Source: Flaccisagitta enflata (lineage: Eukaryota). From it: DNA of 64,000 nucleotides. The notes beneath the pieces are model-generated. The model did no database searches. It saw only the letters and a program-made list of their open reading frames with translations, and was not told the DNA's origin. The stretch spans positions 26,164,001-26,228,000 of the forward strand of contig OZ231126.1 in assembly GCA_965153355.1 (NCBI GenBank). The letters are read 5' to 3'. Shown here piece by piece: positions 15,793 to 30,540 of the stretch (position 1 is the first letter of the stretch; every line of letters starts with the position of its first letter). A program made the position numbers and the translations under genes.

Positions 15793-16003
15793 GCCCTACG
15801 ATGATTGGCAAAACTCTGTGCATATTAAATAGAAGCGCACTGAGTACATTTGTAACTACTTTCCAAATGAGATGGAGGCAGAAAAGAACGAGAGGAACAA
15901 GGATGAACTTACAGAGGATCAGAAACGCAAGGCAGAGAATTTGAATATGTTGAGTTTAAAGCTTTTATGGAACCACATAGCTAAAGATTAAAACCAAGTG
16001 AAA

Positions 16004-16043
<40 letters not shown>

Positions 16044-16490
16044 GACAGAGCATTATGCAATGTCATGAAGTTGAATTCTATATGGACTCCCAAGTTATCA
16101 AACATGGATCGAGGTTAATTGGTGTTCAAGTATACACACAATGATACTTATTGGTCATTAAACAAAACTTTTTATCATTTTTGGCCTTGAGATAAGATGA
16201 AGATTTCTCCTAGATTAAAAGTTTCTTTTATTAGTATGTTAGCCTTTTTATCACTTCCCTTCGTTTTATATGCCTTTCGTTCCCTTGTCTTTTCTGTGTG
16301 TTGATCCCTTTTGATTTTTTTCCTTTTTAAGCCTTTTTAAAGCCTTTTTTTCTCTTCTTGATTCTTCGACGCCATCTCTCGCCTCGGTATTGAATTAAAA
16401 GGCCGTGATCGATCGTCTATTCATTTTGCCTCCTAACGTTTATCCGCTCATAAAAAAGCAATCTGGGAGGGAGAGAGAAAATGAGAGGGA

Positions 16491-16535
<45 letters not shown>

Positions 16536-16601
16536 CTTTTTTGTCACACTCCCGTCTTTTTTTTTCGTTCTAATTTCCATTTGATTCGATTCGATTAAAG
16601 A

Positions 16602-16689
<88 letters not shown>

Positions 16690-16766
16690 CGTGTCGTTGT
16701 GCGTCCCGCTTCTTTTTGTTTGCAGTCCGAGTTGGGAGTCTGTGTTGTTGTCCTTGTTTTACAAGT

Positions 16767-16870
16767 TGACGTTCGCTTTCTTGACGTCGCTGAATCTACG
16801 CTCGTTTGACGTCACGCTGATGCGTCACGCTGATGCGTCACGCTGATGCCACGCTGGCGTCACGCGGCGC
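16767..16870. promoter_or_regulatory. Candidate CRE/ATF site cluster built from a 13-bp tandem repeat
   Basis: TGACGTCA at 16807-16814, TGACG at 16767 and 16782, and (CGTCACGCTGATG)x3 at 16810-16848. Confidence 0.3.
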
Positions 16871-17119
16871 ATTCTTTGGAAGCTCCACTCCCTTGTTCAT
16901 TTAGCCTGCTGATGAACGTGTGAGAGGTTTTCCAAAAACGAGTAAAAAGCAGTTTTATCCAAATTGATTTATTTGAACCATGTAGATTCTGCAAGATCGC
17001 GCCAATCAAAAGTTGACTGATGACAGACTGACAGACTGACAGACTTCATGTAAAGGCACTTGATTACGATTTACGCTCAGTTTCAACGGTGAGCAGCAGT
17101 CAGTCCAACCGTAACTCGA

Positions 17120-18058
17120 CTTCATTATCACTTAAAACAGCAAATTCATGTCTCTGTTTTCAATAGCTGTACTCAGACTCACAGCAACTTCACGTCATTT
17201 TTACAGTCTCACAGTAACCTTGTCACTGTCACTGGGAGAAGCAACTTTGTCATTGTCTCTAAGAGCAGCACTCAGACTCACAGCAATCATATAGCAATGT
17301 CATTAAGAGCAGCACTCAGACTCACAGCAATCGTGTAGCAATTTCATAAAGAGCAACACTTACGCTGTCATTAAGAGCAGCACTTAGACTCACAGCAATC
17401 GTGTAGCAATTTCATAAAGAGCAACACTCACACTCACAGCAACTTCATGTCACTCTCATTGAGAGCGGCACTTAGTCTCACAGCAACTTCATGTCACTGT
17501 CATAGAGTCATTGAGAGCAGCACTCAGTCTCACAGCAACTTCATGTCACTGTCGTGCAAAGCAGCACTCAGTCTCACAGCAACTTCATGTCACTGTCATC
17601 GTGAGCAGCACTCAGTCTCTCAGGAACTTCATGTCACTGTCATTGAGAACAGCACTTGTCTCACAGCATCTTTGTGTCACTTTCATTGAGAGCAGCTTTT
17701 AGTCTCACAGCAACTGCACATTGATATCATTGCGAGCAGCTCTCAGTTTCACAGCAACTTTATGTCACTATCATTGAGATCAGCCTTTAGACTCACTGCA
17801 ACTTCACATCGCTGTTATTGGAAGCAGCACTCAGTCTCACAGTAATTTCACCTCACTGACATAGAAAGCAGTACTCACTCCTCAGTCTCACAGTAACTTT
17901 ATGTCACTGTCACAGAGAGCAGTAACTCAGTCACACATGATCACAGCAACTTCATTTTATTGTTTTTGAGAGCAGCACTCAGTCTCACCGCAACTTTATG
18001 TTACTGTCATTGAGAGCAGCACTCAGTCTCACAGCAGCTTCATGTCACTGTCACTGAG
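17120..18058. repeat. 44-bp minisatellite, about 20 degenerate copies
   Basis: Consensus GAGAGCAGCACTCAGTCTCACAGCAACTTCATGTCACTGTCATT; period checked from 17521 to 17565. Confidence 0.93.
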
Positions 18059-18181
18059 ATGACAGCGGAAGTTGAAGGGGAAACTGGAGCGCATCAAAAC
18101 AGTGAACCCGAGAGGGTCGCCCGTGCGTGGAGAATCCCAGGAGATGGCAGCTCGAAAACAACCCCTCCATGTGATGGAATA

Positions 18182-18315
<134 letters not shown>

Positions 18316-18907
18316 ATAAAGAGAAGCAGTAGGGCAGAGAGACAGACTGACAGTCAGACGGAATGATCGATGATAAAACAACTACAAGAGAGAGGTAAGT
18401 GGGTGACAGAGAAAGGGACAAAAAAGTAATAGACTGTGGCGACAGAGAAGATACAGATACTGATAAAGGCAATAGGGAAAATGAGACAGAAACGGAGAAA
18501 CAGAGAAGTACGGCCAAAAAGTGCACTTTCAAAAGTGGTTATGTCCTTTAATCTATGTCTTTATATCTTCTATATAGCATTCAAAATGTACGCGTATATC
18601 GACTAAGGATCAAAATCGTTTCCATTTGACAACGATTTTTCTTAGTCAGTCAACACCACTAACGGCCTGAAGAAAGCCGTCACAAATTTGTATACTTTCT
18701 AGTATAGTGATAAGTTTAAACTTATATATCACACGTGTGCAAAAACCTGCCAAAACTCCGAGAAAACATAGAGCAATAGTCTTTCAGTCCTGGTCAAAGG
18801 CGGTCCCGATCGAAGGAACCATTTCAAAACATGTCTGACTTTGTAACTATGACAAGTGGCAGGCAGTAGAAGCTCGTTTAAACATTGTCAGGTTAGATTA
18901 TTTCTTT

Positions 18908-19096
18908 AAACAGGCCGGATGCACGGCTACCGAAGTCGCGTGATGGTGGGCAGGGGCAGTGATAAAAAAAGGCTAACTCAAGCATTCGGGCAGGAGCAGC
19001 CTGAAAACGTTGCAAACACCAAAAAAAAGCTCACGGCGACCGACCGACCGACCGACCCACATTGTGGGTCATAGAGTCGCGTAGCACGCGAATAAA
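18908..19096 (-). mobile_element. HINE/DINE-1-like element, family A
   Basis: AAACAGGCCGGATGCACGGCTACCGAAGTCGCGTG ... (GACC)n ... AGAGTCGCGTAGCACGCGA-ATAAAA. Confidence 0.8.
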
Positions 19097-19227
19097 AAAA
19101 AAGATAGAATAAAGATAAAATCTAATTCTACCTAATTTTGGGATCTCGCCTTTTCTCTTCTTTTCTCCATTATCTGTCCTTTAAACAACGTGCCCAATTT
19201 GCCCATTCTTTTTCTATTTTGCTTCCT

Positions 19228-19852
19228 TTTTGGGCAGCGGCCCCGAAGGGGACGAAGTCCTGTAGAACACAGGGGGAATCTGTCCGTCCGTCCGTACGTC
19301 CCCCCCTACCCCATCCTCAGGGCTTCGTCTCCTTCGGGGCCTATTCTGACCCTAATTCTGCCAAATAGCCCAAATCCAAGCAATATGGCCCAAATTTAAG
19401 CAAAATGACCCAAATCCAAGTATATTGGCCCAAATCCAAGCAAAATGGCCCAAATCTTGCCAGAAAACCCTAATTCTGGCCTGAGGTCCATCATTTTGGC
19501 CTCCAATACCTAGATTCTGACCAGATTTGGGCCATTTTGCTTGGATTTGGGCCAATATGCTTGGATTTGGGTCATTTTACTTAGATTTGGGCCATATTGC
19601 TTGGATTTGGGCTATTTGGCAGAATAAGGGTCAGACTAGGCCCTGAAGGAGATGAAGCCCTGAAGATGGGGCAGGGGGACGAACAAACGGATGGATGGAC
19701 GGACGGATGGACGGACGGACAGATTCCCCCTGTGTTCTACAGGACTTCGTCCCCTTCGGGGCCGCTGCCCTGCTCCCTCTCAAATTAAATCACATACTAC
19801 TCAAGCAGGGCACGGGTACCGCTGACCACTTACCGCCTTTGGGCTGCTATTT
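19228..19852 (+). mobile_element. Family B foldback-plus-tail element (best-preserved copy)
   Basis: Inverted arms of about 230-250 bp (19232-19458 vs 19523-19770) include a mirrored 20-bp repeat array. An unpaired ~80-bp tail follows, with GCCCTGCT...AGCAGGGC and GTACCGCTGACCA. T-run flanks, no TSD. Confidence 0.88.
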
Positions 19853-19975
19853 TGCTTTCATTTTTGTTTCTTCTTTCTTTTGAGGAATGACGGATTTGCC
19901 CGCCTATCCAGTGTCAAGACGATAAAAAAGATTGACATCCCGTCAGTCGGAGGGAAAAGGGACGCAGAAACTGAG

Positions 19976-20032
<57 letters not shown>

Positions 20033-20130
20033 CTGGTATTAATTCAATGATATGTTGTTTTTGTCCGAGAAAAAAAAAGTAGCCAGTTTTGTTTCAAAGA
20101 CATACTTTGTTCCCATTCTCATGCTTCTAA

Positions 20131-20237
<107 letters not shown>

Positions 20238-20653
20238 CTTTCTTTATTTCTTTCTTTCTTTTATTCTTTTTTCTTTTTTCTTTTTTTTTTTTTTCTTTCT
20301 TCTTCTTTGTATTTTTTCCTTTCATCAATTCTGTCTTGCTTTCATTTTTATATCCTCGGTCTCTGTCTCATCTAAAAAACATTGAAAAAAAAAGAAAAAA
20401 AAGAGGCTTACATGCAATCTTTAATTGATAACGCTGTAAGAGGTATTTCGGATGAACGTTATTTATCATTGTTTATCTGATTTGAGAAAAATACCTAAAC
20501 AACCCGCTATGCCAAGAGTAACAGAAATCTGCCTATCTTGGGTAGCAAAACGTGTCTAAGGTACTTCTACTTCTATTGACAATAAACCCCGTGACATTCA
20601 ACATTTGCTTCGTCCTCCCTCTCGAGCAACTTTGATTCCTCAAATTTCAAGTA

Positions 20654-20992
20654 CCGTATTTTCTCTAAAAAGCGCCCCGGGCGCTTTTGAAATTGAAATA
20701 ACATTTTGCTTTTTAATCCTTGAATTAGCGCCCCGTTTATAATGTAGATGAACTGTCATTCAGTCTATCTTTTTCATGAAAGGCTACCAAAATGCTGAAT
20801 TTGACTCACAATGGAGATATTCATTGCATATATCTGTTTGAAAGTCTCTAAAAATTGTCATTGTGTTGTATTATTTCATTATTTCACCTAATATTTTTGT
20901 ACAAATCTCTTCTGAAAAGTGTAATACTAAGAAAAAAAAAGAGGGGGGGGGGGCGCTTTTTGGAAGGAGGGCGCTTTTTAGAGAAAATACGG
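20654..20992. mobile_element. Tc2/pogo-type MITE
   Basis: TA|CCGTATTTTCTCTAAAAAGCGCCC ... GGGCGCTTTTTAGAGAAAATACGG|TA, a perfect 24-bp TIR. Confidence 0.92.
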
Positions 20993-21038
20993 TAAACCTT
21001 CTATTCACTCCCAGTTGACTGTCGATAGAATGTCAGAA

Positions 21039-21170
21039 AGAATGCAAGAATGCAAGAATGCAAGAATGCAAGAATGCAAGAATGAAAGAATGAAAGAATG
21101 AAAGAATGAAAGAATGAAAGAATGAAAGAATGAAAGAATGAAAGAATGAAATAATGAAAGTATGAATGAA
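21039..21170. repeat. 8-bp tandem repeat, (AGAATGCA)n then (AGAATGAA)n
   Basis: Direct reading; two variant blocks. Confidence 0.95.
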
Positions 21171-21188
21171 GTAGTGACCACAATATTG

Positions 21189-21852
21189 TTTTGGGTAGCG
21201 GCCTCGAAGGGGCCGATCACCTACGCTTTCTGTTTATCCTTCTGTCCATGTCCTTGCGACCAAAATCGCAGTCTTGAGGATCAAATTCTAGGCTTGAGGC
21301 TTAAATTTCAGCCTTGAGGCTTTTATTCCAACTTCTAGGCTCAGATCACAGCCAAATTGCTCAAATCCATGCTTAAATCCAAGCCATCCAAAGACCATTG
21401 GTAGGCTGACTTTAAATCTATAAATCCAAGCCATCCAAAGACCATTGGTAGGCTGACTTTAAATCTAAAATTCGTCCGCCATCTCACCATGCACACTTAA
21501 TGGCATTTGGGCAATGAATCAGACAAGCAGAGGTCAGTATTTGATGGTGGAACATGCACGGTACCACAATGGTGAAGAATGGAAAGGCAATTCTATGTCC
21601 ATTGAAACCCTATAATGTTGCCGTGCGGGTTTCTTGATCAAACAACAGCCTCTGCTTGTCTTATTTCATTTATAGATAAGAAACTGAATTAATGGTTATC
21701 TAATTTTAAAAATATCACTTTTCAAGCCCCTTGGGTAACCGCCCTAGTCATCAGTTTTCTTCGATTCCCTGCCCCTCTCACTACTATATCCAAACATACA
21801 TTGATCTAGAGGCACCAGATACCGCTGACCATTTGACGCTTTTGCGACAATT
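21189..21852 (+). mobile_element. Family B element, diverged, with internal 46-bp tandem duplication
   Basis: Starts TTTTGGGTAGCGGCCTCGAAGGGGCC, has a degenerate GAGGC..AAAT core, and ends with tail GATACCGCTGACCATTTGACGCTTTTGCGAC. Confidence 0.65.
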
Positions 21853-22186
21853 CATTCGGTTTGAATTTTGGTAAGAGGACAACCCTAAAATCAAATCCAA
21901 AGTTAAAACTGATGATACATCAAATTGAAACCGTTGACTACAATCAATCGCCTCTCTGATTTGCCCCGTAACTGGGCTGACCGATCGGCTGATCTCTCCG
22001 ATTTGACCGACCGACCGACCGACGGTCCAACCTCGTAATGACCCCGCGTGAACTCAGCCGTCAAAGTGTCGTCCGTTTCCGTGGCGTTATCTTGACGGAG
22101 CAGATACGGATCCATCACAATCAGTTCCTCCTCTTTCTGCTTCTTCTTCTTCATCCTCTTCCGTCTCCTCCTACTCTTCTTGAAAG

Positions 22187-22650
22187 TTCTTCTTCTTCTT
22201 CTTCTACATCTTCTTCTTCTTCTTCTTCTTCTTCTTCTTCTTTTTCTTTTTCTTTTTCTTTTTCTTTTTCTTCTTCTTCTTCTTCTTCTTCTTCTTCTTC
22301 TTCTTCTTCTTCTTCTTCTTCTTCTCCTTCTTCTTCTTCTTCTTCTTCTTCTTCTTCTTTCTCCCTTCAACCCTTTACCCCTCGGTGCCCCTCCTCCATC
22401 CCCCCTCTCGCTTTTTCTTCGTTTTCTTCTTCTTTTTCTTCTTCTTCTTCTTCTTCTTCTTCTTCTTCTTCTTCTTCTTCTTCTTCTTCTTCTTCTTCTT
22501 CTTCTTCTTCTTCTTCTTCTTCTTCTTCTTCTTTCTCTTCTTCTTCTTCTTCTTCTTCTTCTTCTTCTTCTTCTTCTTCTTCTTCTTCTTCTTCTTCTTC
22601 TTCTTCTTCTTCCTCCCTTCAACCCTTTGCCCCCTCGATGCCCCTCCTCT
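22187..22650. repeat. (CTT)n tracts in a duplicated unit
   Basis: (CTT)n followed by CTCCCTTCAACCCTTT.CCCCTCG.TGCCCCTCCTC occurs twice (about 22361 and 22613). Confidence 0.93.
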
Positions 22651-22985
22651 TCTTCCTCTTGCTCCGCCCCGTCATTTCCCCGTCAACCAAATCTGAATTG
22701 AGGCTCGATTCGTCTTTCGCCGTCAACGAAAATCCAACGACCAATTAGAACCCAAAGAATCACATTTGGCACGTCACTTGGAAATGTTAAGACCAATAAG
22801 AACCCCTTAGAGTTTTATTTGTGACGTCGCCTGGACCAAGTGTCCCCGTTAGAATATCCAATGGCGGAACCTTAAAATCAAAATGATTATTCAATTATTG
22901 AAAGGAGAGAGATTTTTAAAACCGTCAAGAAGACTGGCACAACGAACGAGGTCCAAATTGGCGTTTTCGACTTGTGGAATTCTTC

Positions 22986-23160
22986 TTTTTTGGGCAGCGG
23001 CCTCAAAGGCCAAAATGCCCAAATAGAAACCTAAAGTTTTAAACTTTAATCAAACAACAGTCTCTTTGAGGTTGCTGCTCCTTGTACCAGTGCTTTCAAA
23101 ATATATTCATTCATGGGCAACGGATACCATTGATCAAATAGTGCTTCTAGCTTCAGCCAG
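22986..23160 (+). mobile_element. Family B element, short internally deleted copy
   Basis: TTTTTGGGCAGCGGCCTCAAAG ... CTTTGAGGTTGCTGCTC inverted pair, followed by GGGCAACGGATACCATTGATCA tail. Confidence 0.6.
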
Positions 23161-23335
23161 TATTTTATTTTCTTGTTTCCTCTCTTAAACGTGTCTATCT
23201 TATCTGTCTTTCCTTTCTTCCTGTCATCCTCTCAAAATTTCTAACTCTTTGTCTTTTTTTCTCTCTTTCTTGCTTTCTTCTTTGTTTTTAGCTTCTGTCT
23301 CTTTCTCTATCTGTTTCTGTTCCTCTATCTTACTC

Positions 23336-24833
<1,498 letters not shown>

Positions 24834-26691
24834 CCTTGTTCTTTTTTCTTTTCGTAGTTTTTACCCTCTGTCCTCTCCTTTCTCTGGTTTTGTAATTTTC
24901 TCGCTGTCATCTCTGGAATGAAAAGAACAAATTAAAAAGTAAGGAAAAACAGAAAAACGATGCCTCTCTTTACGCATCCTTTATTTCTTGAACAAAGAAG
25001 TCTCACATGACACGAAGGGGAGGAAAATACTCTCTCCACTTTCCGATTTCTCTAGGAAATCGCGCGTATGTTTTGCAAAAGACAAATTTTCATATTGTTG
25101 AGCTATCCTTTCAGGATTGAAAGATGTGGACAGCTAATGATTCACGTTATCTTACACTGATAAAGTTTTTTTACGTAAGCATTAATCGTCCTAGTTTTAC
25201 AAAGGAAACTTCTTAAGCTTGGATGAATAATTTCGTAGCATAGGTTTCGTTTTAGTCATGTCATTATATTATGAAAATGATGTAGATTCCCTCGTATGAA
25301 TCTTAATAAGGTGATACCCATTCTCTAGATCCCATTTGTTTTTGAAAGTTCCACGAATGTATGGCGCTGCTCTTTTTACATGATAGGTGGAACAATATCC
25401 CTCACTATACCAAAACTGAAAAATATGGAAAAGGCCGTCACTGACTAGTTCCTACGCGCATCACTCCTGAATTTAGCAAATCTAACTTAGCAAACATCCA
25501 TCTGAGTCTAACCCAAAACACTAATGCTTACCAAAATAGCTAAGGGAAAACTCTTGCATCTGTCTTTCAACTGACTAATTTGCATATTGAAGATTCAATC
25601 ATCGATGACGATAAAATTCAAACGAATAATTTCTCGCATCTTTAGATAAATCCAATATTGCAAAGTAATTATTTTTTGATGCAAGTGTTGCGAATAAAGA
25701 AATATTTTGTTTTGGTTTGCCGGGTAAAGCATGTGCCATGAAAGGACAACAGAAACCGCAATTTGTCTGTCATGCTGTTGCATAGATCCGACAAGGCACC
25801 GTACGGTTGTAGTAGTATGGGGTAACGAAAATTTTGTATCATGTCAATTATCATTTTCATACGGAAATCCCTTCATAAGCTATTCATAATATTATTTGTA
25901 AAAAGAAATTTAAGCCATTATCCATTTTCATACAAACTAGCCTAATATACTTAAACGATGACAGTGTATAAAAAATCGTTCTCTGCGCGGTCATCTTTTC
26001 TGCAGTTCAAAACAGAATCTGCGATTTTCTTTATTTTTATGCTTTACCTTCCCTTAAAGAAATGATGATTACGGCAAGTTACAATCGGAGAAAATCTTTA
26101 ACAAAAACAGTTTCAGATAGCATTTTTACTCCTCAAAAACATATCTCGGAAACTCGCGGGGACCTCTATTGTAAATACCCGTTTAATCAAGTCAAAGTTG
26201 TGCTAATATCTAAATATTCATAGGTGAGGAACAGATCGTTTTTCTCGGCTTTTTTTTTCTCGCTGTAAGCCCACCTGCCTTTAAGGAATGTTTGTTTAGG
26301 TGTCTTTATATGTATGTTCACTTATATTACTAAAAATGTTATTATGATTTTTGTATTTAACTCGTGTTCCGCAAGCAGAAAATGTCAATATCTAACTTCA
26401 GGATTTGAGCGCTGTGACGGAGCTCAGGTTCGCTTGCTAGTTGTAGCTATGTGGTGATAGCCTTCTTTCAAGACTTTCGTATCAACCTTCTTTTAACGTT
26501 CCTCGAAAGTGGAACGCGTTAACCTGTGGGCATTAAGCCTTTTTACATTCATTGCACCTCATCCTCGTCGGTTGACTACACTTCCGCTTGCTTTCCTGCC
26601 ATTCATGTACCGCGCGCAACCAAAGTCTGTGTGTATTTTGCCTCCATTATTTCCAAGTTTTCATCTGTCAATATTACCTGCCCTTCTTCGA

Positions 26692-27020
26692 TCTTCTTCT
26701 TCTTCTTCTTCTTCTTCTTCTTCTTCTTCTTCTTCTTCTTCTTCTTCTTCTTCTTCTTCTTCTTCTTCTACTTCTTCTTCTTCTACGTCTTTTTCTTTTT
26801 CTTTTTCTTTTTCTTTTTCTTTTTCTTTTTCTTTTTCTTTTTCTGTTTCTTCTTCTTCTTCTTCTTCTTCTTTTTCTTCTTCTTTTCTTCATCTTACTTC
26901 TCCTTCTTTTCCTTCTTTTCTTTATCCTTCATCTCCTTCTTCATCTTCTTCTTTCCTATGTCCTTCTTCTTCTTCTTTTCAATATCCTTTTTCTCCTTCT
27001 TCTTTTTCCCCTTTCTTTTT
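26692..27020. repeat. (CTT)n/(TTTTTC)n low-complexity tract
   Basis: Direct reading. Confidence 0.94.
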
Positions 27021-27844
27021 TCTTCTCCCCCTCTTCTTCCTCTCCGTCTTCTGCACCATCTTTTCTTCTTTTTTTCCGCTGAATTTCGCGTATTTTTCCT
27101 CTTTTCTATGCACTTATTTCGCATTTTATTCCTTTTTTCAACCCTGCTCGTCTTTTTATTATCTTCTCTTCAGCCGCGTGCAAAGGACTTTGCTCCACCA
27201 CTTAGGTCCGTCTGTTAGTCGGCAGCGGAATCACCTTAAAATTGGCGTTTGTTTGACATAGTTGTCTCCTGATAAATCGATGATGCAATCGCAACAGATT
27301 TGTCTCTTCAACCCTCTTTGACTTCTCTCATCATGATACTCTTAGATTCCCTCCCCCCCTTCCCCGTCCCCCATTGGGGAGTTACGTCGATTTTGCGGGG
27401 TTCGTCCTTCTATCATTCCGCTCGTCTTTTTGTATACTGAATGTAGCTTACCCTATCTTCACTTATTTTTAAGGTCAAACTCCATCCACCCTTTTTCCCG
27501 CTCATCATATCGTAGTTTTGCCATCATGAACCTTCTCCAACTTTTAAGCTCTCCAGTCTCCACCCCTCGTTTTTTTGGGGTCCTTCAAAGGCCCCTCTGG
27601 TGATGTAGTTCATCTGACTGCCAAACATGACTAGAAGATTTATGTGCCTCGGATTCTTTTATTCTCCCTAAGTCTTTTTTTTTTTCTGTTCTGTTCTCTT
27701 TTTCTCTCTCTTTTTCTCCCCTCTCTTCACTGCAGTTTTGCTTTTTTTTTTCTTTCCTGAAAGACTTTTTGAAAAGCTCCTTTTCTGAAGATTCCGCTTG
27801 CTTCTATTTTCTTTAACCTTTTCCTTCTATCTTCATTCCTTTCT

Positions 27845-27846
27845 TT

Positions 27847-27938
<92 letters not shown>

Positions 27939-27955
27939 TCGTTCTTTCTTTCTTT
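27845..27955. repeat. (TTTC)n microsatellite
   Basis: Direct reading. Confidence 0.96.
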
Positions 27956-28647
27956 TGTTCGTTCTTTCTTCTTCCTTCCATTTCTGCATTATCTCCTCTC
28001 CTCCACTTACCTCGTACTATTTTCAACATCGAGCGTATTCTTGACTTTTAGTCTCTATATATTTACATTAGGCACAAAAACCAATTTTTTTCCTCAACCA
28101 ACTGGTCAGCGAAGTATTGACGTACATAATATTTTCTGCTTGGATATATGAAGAGACAAAAAATATCTTCTGGGCCAGTGGGATTGTAGCAACTTTGACG
28201 CACGTTGAAAGAATTTACGATTTAATGAATTTAAAACTTTTTATTTTGCTTGGTGAATCTCTTACCTTTCTGTGAACTGTAATCAGGGCTTTTAAACCTA
28301 ATGCTTTGTATTTTACAAAGGTCTCTGTTCCTACAGGGAAGAAATCATCTTCTCTCTCCATCGAATGACTTGCCATATCATTTTAAAAACAGCTATCTTT
28401 AAAGCTGTTGGAGATGGAAGTATATGATGACAAAAAAGTTTCATTGCAACATCTTGAAGCCATATTTATCTCCTTTTGCATATTCTTTATACCAATTGCG
28501 ATGATGATGCTTTGTTTTGCTCGGGAGTCGTGATGTACTCGAGTAATTCCTTTATTGTGGTGCATAAAAGAAGCATTTTCATGTTTACAAGCGAATAGAA
28601 ATGAAATACAATACGCAATCTCTCTCTCTCCCTCTCTCTCTCACTCA

Positions 28648-28744
<97 letters not shown>

Positions 28745-28787
28745 CTTTTTCTTTTCTTTTTTTAGCTTTTTTGTAGTTTCATTCTCC

Positions 28788-28843
<56 letters not shown>

Positions 28844-29504
28844 GCGCGCGTTCGGTCGTGTTTTGCCCGCTGTTGCTGCTAGAGTTTGTCATTGCTGCTG
28901 CAGCTGCTGTTGCTTGTTTCGTTGCTGCCGCTTTGGCCGCCCGGGGCAAAAGAGGCGGCGGCGATAGCTTTGCGTCATGGAGCCCGAAATGCCAATAAAG
29001 GAGAAAATAAACTAGCGTTTGTGTTGCGCCTTTTGGTTGTAAGGGATTCTCTCGAGTTGCGCCTTCGGTCGTAGCAGATCTGACTTGCTCCGTTTCAATG
29101 TTCGATAAAATATCGGTTTAAACACCAACAATCTCACAGGAGAGAAAACGCGTTGACAAATTGTCGATAGCGTGACAAAGAAAGAAACGATGACTGATGA
29201 TTGAGAGACTGACAGTCTGACTCAAATGTGTACTTCCTAGGATATAACTAGAGCTTCAAACTCGATCTGTTATCAACATCACTGTCATCAACTGTGGGCG
29301 AATGCTGCTCCTAAATGAACAAGACTATGACCACAGGCACTACATTGGAAGTGGAACCTACTGGTTGATAAACTTCTTTAGATAAGACCAACCTGGGGTT
29401 GGTAGCTACATTTGTTTAGAAACAGCACTCCAACAAAGATAAGAACGGATTGAGCTTGGTGCTAAAAGATTTTTCTAGGTAGAATGAGATATAAGGTGAC
29501 AATA

Positions 29505-30096
29505 CTATCTAGGCGGAAAAAATCTTTCGGTACGTTTACGTGCATATCTCAGGTTAGAATCAACCAAACATCAAAAAATCGGTGAGATAAATAAAGCTCT
29601 TCAAATTTGCAAGAGATTGACGCAAACCGCATCACTCTAGCTCTATGCAGTCAAAAGCTATTCAACTTTAAATGAAATACTTGAGTCTCACTTATGCCAT
29701 TTCTCTACAATCTTCTAATGATACCATTTCACTCTTTTTTTGATTACTTCTAAACGCCTTGAGCTGGTCAGATGCAATTTGCGTTGCCTGCTTGCAAATT
29801 CGGAGGGCTTCATTTATGTTACCAATTTTTCTATGATTTAATGATTCTTTTGAAAACTGCAAGTCTAAATGTAGCGAAAGAATAGACAGTAAAAAATTGC
29901 GAGAAAGATCTGCAAAGCCTTCACTCCTTAGTAACTCAAACTGCTCTACAGAACGCTTCCGAAACAAATGTCGGCTCTGATTCAGTCAAAGGGAGCCCAC
30001 ACTAATTATTGATGGATTTGTAATTGATTTGTATTCATTTTTACGCCAATGAATACGTTTTTGTTACAGGACGAAAGATTTTTTCCGCCTAGATAG
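29505..30096. mobile_element. TA-flanked MITE (Tc1/mariner superfamily likely)
   Basis: TA|CTATCTAGGCGGAAAAAATCTTTCG ... CGAAAGATTTTTTCCGCCTAGATAG|TA (25-bp TIR), plus an internal inverted pair at about 29575-29632 and 29770-29830. Confidence 0.9.
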
Positions 30097-30432
30097 TATA
30101 TCACTCGAAGCAGTACATTGGAAAGAATGACGGCAAGTCAAGAGATTGTCAAAGTAGGAATTATCGACTTGTTATACACTGTTCGGAACAGTCAAACAAT
30201 GAAATTCCATATTCGTTAAAAAAGGTAAGAATATCTGAGTTGCGCATTTCATAACTGAAGAAACGGTTGGGAGAAAAAGCTTTCCAAACGAATCTACGGC
30301 TATGTTCCAATTGTTGTGTCACTCTCTGTCAAGCGTTGGCACTTTCCTCTCTCTGTCACTTTCATTCGATGCCTGTTTTTCGCAATTCCATTTTCCTCTT
30401 TGAGCGTTTCTTTCTTTGCGTCTGTTTTACTG

Positions 30433-30540
<108 letters not shown>

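Noticed and set aside
17120..18058. CRISPR-like array
   Set aside because: Head-to-tail 44-bp units with no unique spacers, no cas genes, and a eukaryotic context.
26054..26284. Kolobok-like TTAA-flanked MITE
   Set aside because: TTAAAG...CTTTAA is present but the TIR similarity is too weak to call.
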